A stretch of DNA of 63,249 nt, counting the filler, from Reticulomyxa filosa (lineage: Eukaryota; Protista; Foraminifera): NCBI GenBank assembly GCA_000512085.1. It is 18 parts of 18 records of this genome, joined end to end, with 100 filler letters (N's around TTAATTAATTAA, not from the genome) between each part and the next. Parts side by side here need not be neighbours in the genome. Positions count along the whole stretch, not along the records: positions 37,608 to 39,922 come from ASPP01001394.1; positions 40,023 to 42,422 come from ASPP01037991.1; positions 42,523 to 45,989 come from ASPP01009756.1; positions 46,090 to 47,758 come from ASPP01004324.1; positions 47,859 to 56,933 come from ASPP01027160.1; 13 more parts are not named here. One strand, 5' to 3'. Shown in pieces: positions 39,095 through 50,237 of the stretch (its first letter is position 1; each line of letters begins with the position of its first letter). A model generated the notes under the pieces. The model had not been told where the DNA came from and ran no database searches. It saw only the letters and a list, made by a program, of their open reading frames with translations. A program made the position numbers and the translations under genes.

Positions 39095-39922
39095 ATGTCC
39101 GATAATGTTTCGTGTTGTTTCTTTTTAAACAAAACTTTTTTTTTGAAGAAAAAAAAACTCTTAATCATAACAAAAAAAAAGATAATGTTATCCTTGAACA
39201 CTGAAAGAGCTGAAAAAAAAGTGGAAAATGAAAAAGAGACATTTTCCAGTTCTGGCTGTTATAACAAAGACTGGATTTTATTAACCAACAACCAACAGAA
39301 ATTGAACAGTTTAATCTGCTGCATTTGCAAACAAGCTGCAAACAATGCAGTGGAATTGCAATGCAATGAGCATGAAAATGCAGGACAAATGTATTTGGTC
39401 GGAGAAGAATGTTTGCAAATGTACTTGAAGCAAAGCAATGGCAAATGCCCAATTCAACAACACGATCATTGTAAATTTGTGAAGAATCAATCTTTGATAC
39501 AACAAGTTTCAGATTTATTGGTAACATGTCCTCGGCAATACGATTTGAAAAAGAAAGAACACGAAAATGAATGCAATTATAAAGGAAAAATAAGTGAAAT
39601 GAAAGATCATTTGGACAATTCATGTCAACTGATCTCAATTCGACAAATTATTTTGTTGATCAAAGAGTTACAATCGCAATTGCGAGATGAAAAATTACAA
39701 ACAGTTTTGTTATTATTTTTTTTAATAATTACAATAAATAAATAACAAAGTGAAACATTTTAAAACAAAAAAAAAGGAAGAATTAAGAAAAATGAACTTA
39801 AAAAGTAATGTAGAAATTGAAAAGTTGAGAGAAAGCGATAACGAAAAAAGCAAAGAAATTCAACAACTTAAACAATGTCAAAATGAAGAAATTTCAAAAA
39901 TAAATAATGAAAATCTAATCCT
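39095..39922 (+). CDS. Variant RING + TRAF-type zinc finger + coiled-coil protein (expanded family), partial
   Basis: ICCICKQAANNAVELQC..H..GEECL..KCP..H, TCPRQ..CNYKGKISEMKDHLDNSC. Introns 39107-39181 and 39704-39776. Confidence 0.8.
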
Positions 39923-40395
39923 NNNNNNNNNNNNNNNNNNNNNNNNNNNNNNNNNNNNNNNNNNNNTTAATTAATTAANNNNNNNNNNNNNNNNNNNNNN
40001 NNNNNNNNNNNNNNNNNNNNNNTTTATGGAGAAAATCAATTATCTTCATAAGGTAGTATTTTATGCCTTCAGTTTTCTATGCAATTTACTGCAGCAATTC
40101 AATAAACTGCAATAAAAGAATATAATTTTTCTCAAAAACTAAGAAAGATACAAGACTAATTTTTTTTTTGAACAATTAGGCGGAGGGATTCACCATTTGT
40201 ATTTGCTTGTTTGGTGTAGTGTATTTTATTCAACTTTTTTTTTTCCACTACGTTTGTTTTTTTTTATGTTTGGATCGGTTGCTATTCATTGGTGATCATT
40301 CCATTATTGTTGCAATGGCGATTTGTTGTTCATGATTCCTGCAATGGCATTTCAGTTGGCTCCTTCGGTTTTTTAGTGCTTATTCCACACGCATA

Positions 40396-40690
40396 GCAGG
40401 CCGATTATATAATGCCAATGTTTGCATCATTCTGGAAGGGGGTGGTTAGGGGTCGTGAAGCCACCAGTCCTGCAAGCAAAAGGGTCCACATATGTGGACA
40501 AATATGACGACGACTCCAATCAGACCTGCTTGTCTATGGACAGCCATGTGGCGTGCCAGTAGATATCGACGCGCGACTAGGGATGCATTGCATCCCCTCC
40601 TTCCTTCTAGTGGCCTGCATTTATGAAATAATAGATGATGTGGTAGAGGCGACCACTTGGGTGTGTCATTGCCTCCAATCATCTACAACA
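40396..40690. other. GC-rich island with several nested hairpins (candidate structured RNA or retroelement UTR)
   Basis: Perfect palindrome 40484-40499, hairpin 40580-40596, long stem 40632-40685; no convincing ORF. Confidence 0.45.
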
Positions 40691-42628
40691 GCACTACCAT
40701 GGAAAACGGCCGTCATAAGCGCAGTTCTACGATAGTTCCAAGTTCAGTTTTTAACTTCATCTTTGTGATAATCTTGCTTTCCATTGTTGTTCTAATTCAC
40801 TCACACCTTTGCTTGTCTGAAATAGATAGTACTAAATCTCAAAAGTCAAGATTCCACATTGGGTAATTCATTTCATTTGATTTTGCGTGTTTTCTGTTTT
40901 GATTTGTTGTATTCAAAGTTATATTTGTAAATTGATTTTTAATTTAAAATAATGTATATTAGTAATGATCTCTTTGGTATTTCTTCTTTTCATATAAAGC
41001 TGCACACTTCAATCAATTTTCGAGATTGCAGTATGATTACAAGTTGCTTTAAAAAAAAAAAATAACTGCATCAACACTTGCTCCTGTCATTCAAACCAAA
41101 CCAATGTTTCAAACTTGCCTTCTTATCTTTCAAATATTCTATTCAAATCAATGAAAACACAAATGTATAATACTTTACAATGGATGCCTCCATGCATTTA
41201 AAAGTACGTATATCATTTATACATAGATTACGTGCACAACGGAAATGCTAATATGCTGTCTATGCAGCAAAAGAAATACTACTAATATTTAAATGATATT
41301 GGCAATCATTTACACATTTGGAAATAATTGGACTTGCATGTTCACTGGCATATATTTGGCAGCTGTCTCTTTAATTGCTCATTCTCAATTTATCTATCTT
41401 TGTTTTGGTCTTTTTTTTTTAATAACACAGTCATTGACCAAAGTGGTTGTTGTGATCACTCCTTCATCCATGTCTTCACTTTTGCCTATGTGGTTTCATT
41501 CAAACCGAACCAAATTCCAAAGTCTTTTTCTATTGTGATCGAACATGTATATACCAACAAAACATTGACTGTTTGATTTGTTGTCAGCTGCTTCACACAC
41601 TCTGCCGATGTAAATGAGCATGTGTTGACGGTATATTTGCTCTCTCCAGTCTGCTGTCGTCACTATTGGCATTGATGATTGATGTTACCATAATGGTAAA
41701 TACTCTTTCCTTTCTACTCCATTGTCACTATTGTTTTGCTTTGACTAAAATCCATTTTGATAATTATTATCTCAACTCAGATCACTTGTATGAAATATTG
41801 ATCAAAATAACAAGTCCAATAAGATGTTATCACCACAGTAGTAACGTCTCGAAGCAATCTACATTGTCACGTCTCCATGGAAAAGATAATGAGCGCCATA
41901 GCATCTCTCTTTTCTTTCCACATTTGCTTCAGCATGTTTTGATTTGTTTGTTTCATCCAATCCTTGTTCTCACTATTTTTTTCTTCTTTCAAGTTATGAG
42001 ATAATTCTGTGCTTGTCTCTTTCGTATCTTCTTTTTCTTTATTCATATCTTTCTACTTGTAAATAGATTCATCTTCCATTTCTTCTAGTGTAACACATGA
42101 TCTGGATGGTGACATCTTGTCTTTTTATGATATTCTCGATGATGCATACGTTGATGCAATTTATCTTTTTTATTTGAAAATGTGTTATTTGAAAACACGA
42201 TTTTTCGCATCTTGATGTACGTATATACAATAAAGAAAAATGTCATCATTGTGACCGTTGACTCAATTGTTCGTTTATGAAGTAAAAGCGAAATGACATA
42301 GCGGTTTGTCGTATAAAGCTTATTTCTTTGTGTTTTTACTGAAAAAGACATTGTAATTTTTTGTCAATTTTTGCACATGTTCAAATTAGTTTTTGTTTTT
42401 TTCTCTGTCATTCATAACACATNNNNNNNNNNNNNNNNNNNNNNNNNNNNNNNNNNNNNNNNNNNNTTAATTAATTAANNNNNNNNNNNNNNNNNNNNNN
42501 NNNNNNNNNNNNNNNNNNNNNNAATAATAATAATAGTAATAATAATAATAAAAAGAACCAATATTACAACAACCCCCCCTCTCTCCTCTTTTTTATTCAA
42601 TAGTATATACATATATGTATTAAACACC

Positions 42629-43016
42629 TTTCTTTGGGTCCACTCTTCATTTCCATCAATTGCTGGATTCTTTGGTTTGTCGCCGAAGATCCCATCATTT
42701 GGTAACCGGGCACACCCAATTCTTTTATTTGCGAACCTCGCTTTTGCTCGTCATTTTTGCTGCTGTCTTGGTCATATTTGCTTGACCCCTCCTTGCTAAT
42801 CTCTTTGCTTGCTTCTTTGCTTGTCTCTCTGCTCGCCTCTCTGCTTGTTTCTCGGCTTTGGTCGTTTTCATTTGCATCCACCTGTACTACCACAACTTCT
42901 CCTTCTTTCTCTTTTTTACTGTTGCTGTGCTGGTTTTCAAGGCTTGTTTCAGTTGCTGCATTGCCGTCTTTTATGTCTTGGTCACTTTTGTGACGAGTGA
43001 ACAATTTCTTCAACAT
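42629..43016 (-). CDS. First exon of a hypothetical protein with S(R/K)Ex tetrapeptide repeats
   Basis: ATG at 43016; SRETSREASRETSKEASKEISKEG; donor near 42628, then gap. Divergent from QNG1. Confidence 0.65.
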
Positions 43017-43459
43017 CGATTATATGGCAAGATTGATTATTTAATCGACCAAATTTCAAAAGAGACACATATACACTTTCAAAAAAAAAACGAGGCTGCG
43101 TACACACAAAAAAAAGTCATGAAATAATTGGCGAAGACCAAAGATGGCCTACATTGTCTAAACCGAATATGTGTCACTTTACAATACTGATCTTACAAAC
43201 ACTAGTGCGAGATTTTTGTGTATACATATATTTTTATTCGTTTCACTTTTGTTTGTGCCATTTGGTGGTATTGCAAGATACAATTGTCTCAAATCTGCTC
43301 TTCCGCTTTTATCCTTTTCCCTTCAAACAAAGTTTTGACACAACTGCAGAAACAAAAAGGTCTTTTAAGTTGTAAACACCAACTGTTTTCCTACACGTAA
43401 GCAAAAGGGTAGACGGTTCTCGTTCAGAAGGGGTTTTTTTTTTTGTATAGTTGTATGAA

Positions 43460-44629
43460 ATGTCCAAACGACTGTCAGATCCGGTGGCTCCCCCTCCTTC
43501 AAAAAAAATGAAAATGACAGGGGAAAAATCCTGTGCAAATGACGAAGGACGAGATCAGGAAAAGAAGGACGAAAAGGTTTGGAATTGGTGCGAGGAGATC
43601 CGAGCAAGTAGTGAAAAGGCGTTAAAAAGCCAAGAGGACGACCCAGAAAGCAAAGGCATAAAAGACGTGTGGATCGACGAAGATGCAATAAAATCGGAAT
43701 TGGAGAAGAATAAAAAAGATTATAACAGTGACAAATTTTCGATCGAGAATATCGGTTGGCGCAAGGAGGAGTTTCATTTTTTCGACGCAACAAACGAACG
43801 TGTCACCTGTCAATATATATTAGTATTGGATACGTTGAACTTTTGTTTTTGGCCATTGGAAAAGTTTGAATACGATAACTTGGCCCGGTCATTGAAGCAA
43901 GTGTTAGTCAAAGATAGCACTGCCTTTGAAGCAAAAAAACTGATGCAAGTGACCGAGGAGACTTTGTCGGACTGGCTCCATCTTTCGTCCCACTCCAAAA
44001 GTGACACTGGCTCCAAAGTTAGTCCGAAGACAGAGGCTCCATCTTTGTTGCTAAAAGAACGAGTCCGTCTGTTACGTGAAACAGGACGCGCTTTGTGCGA
44101 AAAGTTTGGCGGCGAATGCATTCGCATGATTGAGTCCGCGGAAAATAATGCCTTGAAATTGCTGCAATTGATAATCGAAAATTTTCGAGGCTTTAGCGAC
44201 ATTGGCATTTGTCCTTGGACTGGAGAGCAAACCTTTTTTTATAAGAGAGCGCAAATCTTTGTGGGTGACATTTGTATGGCATTTGAAAATAAAGGCATTG
44301 GCTATTTTCATAATATTCACCAAATTACCTGCTTTGCAGATTATCGTATTCCGCAATTGTTACAAAGTCTTGGTATCATTCAATATTCGGAGAGACTCCA
44401 AACTATTATACACTCTAAAAAATTAATCCCTCAGAACTCACGTTTTGAGATACTCATCCGCTCTGCCACCATTTGCGCCGTCGAAAAAATCAAGTTTTTC
44501 ACTTCTCAACTCTTCCACAAACAGTATACGTCTATGCAATTGGATGTCCTCTTGTGGAACAGAGGAGAGCTTCTTTCCAAAAATAATTTGTTGGCTCCAC
44601 ATCATCGTACTTTATCTATCTTTTATTAA
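43460..44629 (+). CDS. QNG1: Queuosine salvage protein / Q-nucleotide N-glycosylase 1 (DUF2419, C9orf64)
   Basis: YILVLDTLNFCFW, FYKRAQIFVGD, ITCFADYRIPQ.L, EILIRSATICAVE, LD..LW and C-terminal PHHRTLSIFY. Confidence 0.93.
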   Translation: MSKRLSDPVAPPPSKKMKMTGEKSCANDEGRDQEKKDEKVWNWCEEIRASSEKALKSQEDDPESKGIKDVWIDEDAIKSELEKNKKDYNSDKFSIENIGWRKEEFHFFDATNERVTCQYILVLDTLNFCFWPLEKFEYDNLARSLKQVLVKDSTAFEAKKLMQVTEETLSDWLHLSSHSKSDTGSKVSPKTEAPSLLLKERVRLLRETGRALCEKFGGECIRMIESAENNALKLLQLIIENFRGFSDIGICPWTGEQTFFYKRAQIFVGDICMAFENKGIGYFHNIHQITCFADYRIPQLLQSLGIIQYSERLQTIIHSKKLIPQNSRFEILIRSATICAVEKIKFFTSQLFHKQYTSMQLDVLLWNRGELLSKNNLLAPHHRTLSIFY

Positions 44630-45040
44630 TTTAAGATTCAAACTCCTTTGCCAAATTTTGACTTATTTGTGGTTGTGTCTAGATGTGTGTGTTTTTTTTT
44701 TCTTCTGTTATTCAACATTTGACTTAATTGCAATATCTTGATCACTCTTTTGAAAAATTGCAATCATATAAACTTACATTTTTTTTTTTTGCTTCTGCAA
44801 AAAAAGTTGTGATAGGGCACTTTTAAAACATTGAAAAGTCTTTTTTCGCTAGCATTTTAAAATGTTAACCGTTAAAAATTTTTATCAATTAACACTTTGC
44901 AGTAAACCGACCCACGAACAAAAAAAAAAAAAAAGGGGATCTTAACAAAAAAGTTGTGAACGTATTATTTTATTAAGTGTTTCGCTCATAGATATATCCA
45001 TTAAAGTTCAATCAATAAGAAAAAAAGCAAGACCAAAAAA

Positions 45041-45941
45041 ATGACCTCTTCTGAGCAGTTATCAAAGCCCATCCGACTGAGTGATGGAACGGAAATATTC
45101 GAGACAGTACAAATGAAGCAGTTGTACACAGTAACTGGGTTTGCAGTGCATCAAAGGCCATACCGAAGAAAGAACCCACAAACGGACGAGGAAGTCCAGT
45201 CGATAAAAGAAGAGGAAGTAAACATAGGTTACAGCAGGAGGCAATTTGCAGGAGGCAAAGCCCGTTCCATTGACGGCCAGCTGAGAGAGCTATCACGAAA
45301 CGATTACAAGAGTCAAAAGTACCCTTTGTTTTATGACGGTTAAACAAAGCAAAAAAAAAAAAAAGCATATAAATATATAAAACATATGTAATATATATAT
45401 ATATATATTACATATGTTTTATATATTTATATGGTTTTCAAAACAAAAAATAAAAATAAAAAGAAGATGAAATCCCTTTCGAAAAATATGGACGTTTGCG
45501 AATGGAATTGCATCGATTTACGCAGGATTTGCAAGACTACAGCAAAGAGAGTACGAACGAATCGGAGAAGCGTACGGTGGCGTTGTTGACACAGTCATTG
45601 AAAGAGTTGACAAAAAACTTGGAGAGTTTCCGGAGCGAGGCAAAGTACCAATCATTTTTTGAAAAGACGTTTAGTTACCAATTGGAGAGTTTGAAGACCA
45701 GCAGCTGCAGAAGCTTACTAATAAAATTGGTGAGTGCAAGCAGTCCCTTTCGTCGTCGTCGTCGTCGTCGTCGTACCGCAAGTCAAATGAAAGTGAAAGC
45801 AAGCAGCAAGACCACGTCGTATTGCAATTGCATCGGCCGGAGAAGCCTACGTTGTCGTTGGGGACCGTCGACTATCAATTCATCAATTATGAGGAAAGGA
45901 TCGCTAAGTTGGAAAAATTACTGGGATTGTCGCTGACATGG
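45041..45941 (+). CDS. DCTN2: Dynactin subunit 2 (p50/dynamitin), partial
   Basis: EIFET, EIPFEKYGRLRMEL (cf. ETPQQKYQRL), VVLQLHRPE and YEERIAKLEKLLG. Intron 45339-45463 and a frame change around 45675-45782. Confidence 0.75.
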
Positions 45942-45957
45942 TTAATTTTTTTTTTAA

Positions 45958-45989
<32 letters not shown>

Positions 45990-46656
45990 NNNNNNNNNNN
46001 NNNNNNNNNNNNNNNNNNNNNNNNNNNNNNNNNTTAATTAATTAANNNNNNNNNNNNNNNNNNNNNNNNNNNNNNNNNNNNNNNNNNNNCCAGTAATTGA
46101 TGTTTTCAAAGATTGCGAAGTTTGACTATTGATAATTCGTTATAAGGATTATGCAATCCCGGTCAAATACTATCCTCCTTTTGTCAAAGGCAATGGAGAA
46201 CAATTGATCGCTTTTATTGCTACCACTGTTTTATACTGTCGGAATTCCAAGTGGTAAACGACCATTATCTTCTTTTGCACTTATTTGTTCTTCAGTTTTT
46301 TTTCTCATTTGCTTTGCTGCTTCGTTCAAAATTTTTTGTTTGCTCTGTAGCTGTTGTTTCAATATGCATTTCAAGTTTAGAAATCTATTAACAAAAATTC
46401 AAGTATCCTTTTTTTGGAAAATGACGTGCCAAAAGAATTAGGTGAGCATTTTCATGAAGGAATGTCATAGGTAACAAAAAATGATTGTTACACTTTATAT
46501 TGAAAAAATTCAAACAATTTTGGTGAGCTTTGAGGTCGTATGTGTTAAAAAACACTGCAACACGCTCGAAAAGCTTACCACAACAACAACGCATCAGAAC
46601 TTTTTCAATAACACTTTTTTTTTTAAGAGTTTAAGGCAAGCTATTTCCGTTCACTT

Positions 46657-47758
46657 TTAAAGCACATCATTCTCGTCTTTGGGATCAACAAGTAACATAC
46701 ATTCATTCCGTGGTTGTCCAATGTCATCGTCTTTGCTTAACTCTGGTGCGACAGATGATATTACTTGTTTTGTGGTTGACCCTCCTAGATATGAAATACA
46801 CCATATTAACTTATCCCAATGGGTTCACTTTTCAGTGATCATAAAAATGTTATATGTACGTATACACAAAACTGTCGAGAAGTGGAGTGCTTTTGGTGAT
46901 ATCCAATAACTTGCGTGCGCTTTCACTTCGACTAATTTTTGATTTCTTTGAAAAAATGGTGCAGTCCACGAATTGTGAATATATGCACTTGAATAGACAT
47001 TGGAAGATTAGCAGGATAAATAACAGAATTGGAAAGGAGGCGATATACGTCTGTGCCTGTTGGATCCATGAGACATCAGTGGCATCAATAGTGGACAACA
47101 TGCATATCACAAGTAAGCAACTCAATGCAAACGCTTCAAAGTAATTGTTGCTCTTACTACAGAACGGCTGTACGTATAAATGGAAGAGCAAGGCTACAAG
47201 ACTTATAATGCTAACAGTAAATGGGTAATACGTCGGGTCTCTTATATAATAATATGCAATCAAAAGTAAGAGGCGGCGCGTGATCATAACCGCCTCGTAC
47301 CACCACATGTCAATCTTGAAAGATGCACCCAAGTTTCCACAACGCACCTTCTTCCAATTTGCTGCGATAAGGATCACTGGAAATGCAAACAAAGGAATGA
47401 CGAATAATTGCCACCATGGTTGACATTTGTGATCACCAGCAGCCCACAAGCGATATTCACCATCAATTTTAACGCAATCCGTCAACTTTGTATAACCACA
47501 TAACAAAAAAAGCTTTTTTTTAAATAACTTTTTTTGTTTTTTTTGGAAAAAAATAATGGACAAAAAAATAACCTGAATGGCGACTGTAACCACATTAAAA
47601 AAACTAACGAGGGCACACTCCATCAAAATTTTAAAAAAGTTATTTCGTATATTTTTGAAAAATGTGCGAATGTAATATGGAATATCATACAAAAATCTGC
47701 AAACACAGTTTGAAGTATTTGGAGCAACGTTTGAAGCATTTGGAGCAACGTTTGAAGC
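46657..47758 (-). CDS. 3' part of a multi-pass membrane protein (TRP/PKD2-like C-terminal TM module common in protist receptors)
   Basis: LTDCVKI..RLW..C..W, WYEAVMITRRL, HLYVQPF..NNYFEAFAL. In-frame intron 47486-47572; probable last exon about 46657-46785. Confidence 0.65.
47708..47758 (-). repeat. 21-bp tandem repeat encoding ASNVAPN
   Basis: tttgaagcatttggagcaacg unit, about 2.4 copies, running into the gap. Confidence 0.9.
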
Positions 47759-48399
47759 NNNNNNNNNNNNNNNNNNNNNNNNNNNNNNNNNNNNNNNNNN
47801 NNTTAATTAATTAANNNNNNNNNNNNNNNNNNNNNNNNNNNNNNNNNNNNNNNNNNNNCATTTGAAAGAATGTTGATTTCATCCAACAAAAAAAAAAGTT
47901 TTAAAAAATCAATATCATATTTAAAAATTACAAGACTTGTAGATATTTCTTAAAAAAAAATTAGGTCTAAATGTTGATTTTTCATTGATAGAATCAATTA
48001 TTATCATAAGATATGTTTTAGGCGTTCAGTTTTCTTTGCAACATACTGTATTAAATTTTGACAACACACCACCCGATGGCGACTTGAATCACACATCATC
48101 CCAAAATCATTTTATTAGCATCACATTGAATCCTTTTGGAAAAACTTTTTGACTGAATGTTTCGGAAAACTCAGTTTGAATTTTAATGTGTTTTGATGTT
48201 TTGTTTTAGGTGTAGAATTTTTTTGTGCAAAACTTGAGTTGTTTTAAGGAACAATTTGGTAAAATACCATACTGTGACAAAAAAAGAATCAACGAGGGAA
48301 ACAATTTTAAATTTTTTTCCAATCATTTGGATGACAGTGCTATTTGTCACAATAACAAGCTCAGTGATGAAGACACTAATTTTGACAATATTTTGTTGG

Positions 48400-49530
48400 C
48401 TCTGCATAGGCATAGCACAACTACTAGCTACATCCAGTTTGCAACTCATCTTTGTTTCTCGTGAGCGCCAAGACAAGACGACATTGAGAGTAATGTGTTG
48501 CAACGGGACGACAGGTGTGAACGCGTAATATTGGGGAAAAGATTTGTCGCTATCGACGACATACGACAACGCGGTGGCATCTTGCAGCGATGACAATGGA
48601 CATGTATGCACAGGGAAACAGATGAACACAGGACTGCGATGCACGGTGAGCAACGACGCGCAAGTGTGGACCGCTGATAAATGCCAAAGTTAATCTGAGT
48701 AATTAACGAGAAAAGAGAAAGAGATAGATAAAAAGAAACTTTCTTTGTAACTACTTTATCTCATAATCAATATAATACATATACATGTATATATGCATAC
48801 ATACGTAATTGGCATACATATGTACGTTACATAATTTGTATGTATATTATCGACGTATAATTTTTTTTTTCATGTTTGCTAAAAAAAAAGTGAAAGAAGA
48901 TATTGTACCCAAGTATAGCGACACAAATAACAAGAATAATGGCCATACCAAATGACAATGTGATAGACTCAATGAAAGTGATAGTGCATCTGCGAAGCAT
49001 GAATTGGAGCAACAATCCAAACGCGACTCATCAACGGATAAAGTTTTGGAATCACAATACAAGCACAAGCCTTACGCTGACGGAGGATAACAGCGACAGT
49101 GGAAACAGCAATAGCAATAGCTACAGCAACACTGCGAGCGCTATGACGTTTCCGACGGATCAGTTTGTGTATACGCCGATTGACAAATTGTCGTTATTGA
49201 TCATAGCTTTGGTGGAAGGATAGTACGAGTTGAAGATTTTGGAAGGTCCAGGCGAGACCATAAGTCATGGATTCTCGACAACAATCTGGTGTCTGCAAGT
49301 GTGAATCAAAGAACATTTCTCGTATTGTCACCTTCTTTGTCGACGTGTCTTCATCGACACAAGCGACGAGTTATCGGCACATGTGCCAGCGTACTCGTCC
49401 TTGCAGTTTGATCAGTTGGGTAACTTGATTCAATACAATGTGTCGTTCACCAAGTTCAACTGTTCTATTTTCATGAATGATACGTGTTCGGACCTGTTCA
49501 CTTCACAGACAATACAAGCTGTCTGGATGT
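48400..49530 (+). pseudogene. Decayed extracellular Cys/Ser/Thr-rich receptor-like gene
   Basis: Exon-like GC-rich blocks with in-frame stops (e.g. VEG*YELKILEGPGETI) and intron-like AT blocks. Confidence 0.45.
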
Positions 49531-50090
49531 TATCAGTTCAGTTTTTTTTTTTAAAAAAAATAGAAATTGGGTGGATAAAAAAAATTTTACGTTTTTTTTG
49601 TATAAATATATGTATATATTTATGTATACGTGTATGTGAAAAGATAAAACACGTGAATAGACTCAACATGAAATCTACTTCTAATGTTTTATATGTCTTA
49701 CTGGATATAAGTCAGAAGCTTCTATAGCAATTATAGAAACTTGGCATAGTAATAATACAAATAAACAAAGATTTCATATTAATTTTGTGGACAATACGTT
49801 AAAAAATTATAAATATAAGCATGAATTACTATTTTTAATTAAATGTAGATCCAATTATATGTATTAAATATAATAAATTAATAAATGAATTGAACGGCAT
49901 GTAAAAATTAATATAAGAATAATATGTTAATTAAAAATAACTAGTAATAAATATATTGTAAAAAATGCAATAACATTACGATTGATGCATAAATTTAAAT
50001 CATTTGTTCGGGTATCTAATCAATATAATAATAATCGAAGCGACTATCATTTAACGATATTGTGCAAATTTAGATTTTATAACTAACATT

Positions 50091-50237
50091 TGTTCAAAAA
50101 AAATATAAAATACCAAAAAATGATAAAAATAAAAAATAAAAAAATTTTAATACATGCGTCACATTGTGACACGTGAACTAAAATTTTTTTATTTTTTATT
50201 TTTATCATTTTTTGGTATTTTATATTTTTTTCGAACA
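50091..50237. repeat. 147-bp near-perfect palindrome / foldback centred on 50164
   Basis: The outer 59-bp arms differ at one position; inner core catgcgtcaca-t-tgtgacacgtg. Confidence 0.93.

Noticed and set aside
40441-40452. ggttaggg as telomeric repeat or telomerase template
   Set aside because: Single copy, and the complement does not give a 1.5-repeat template
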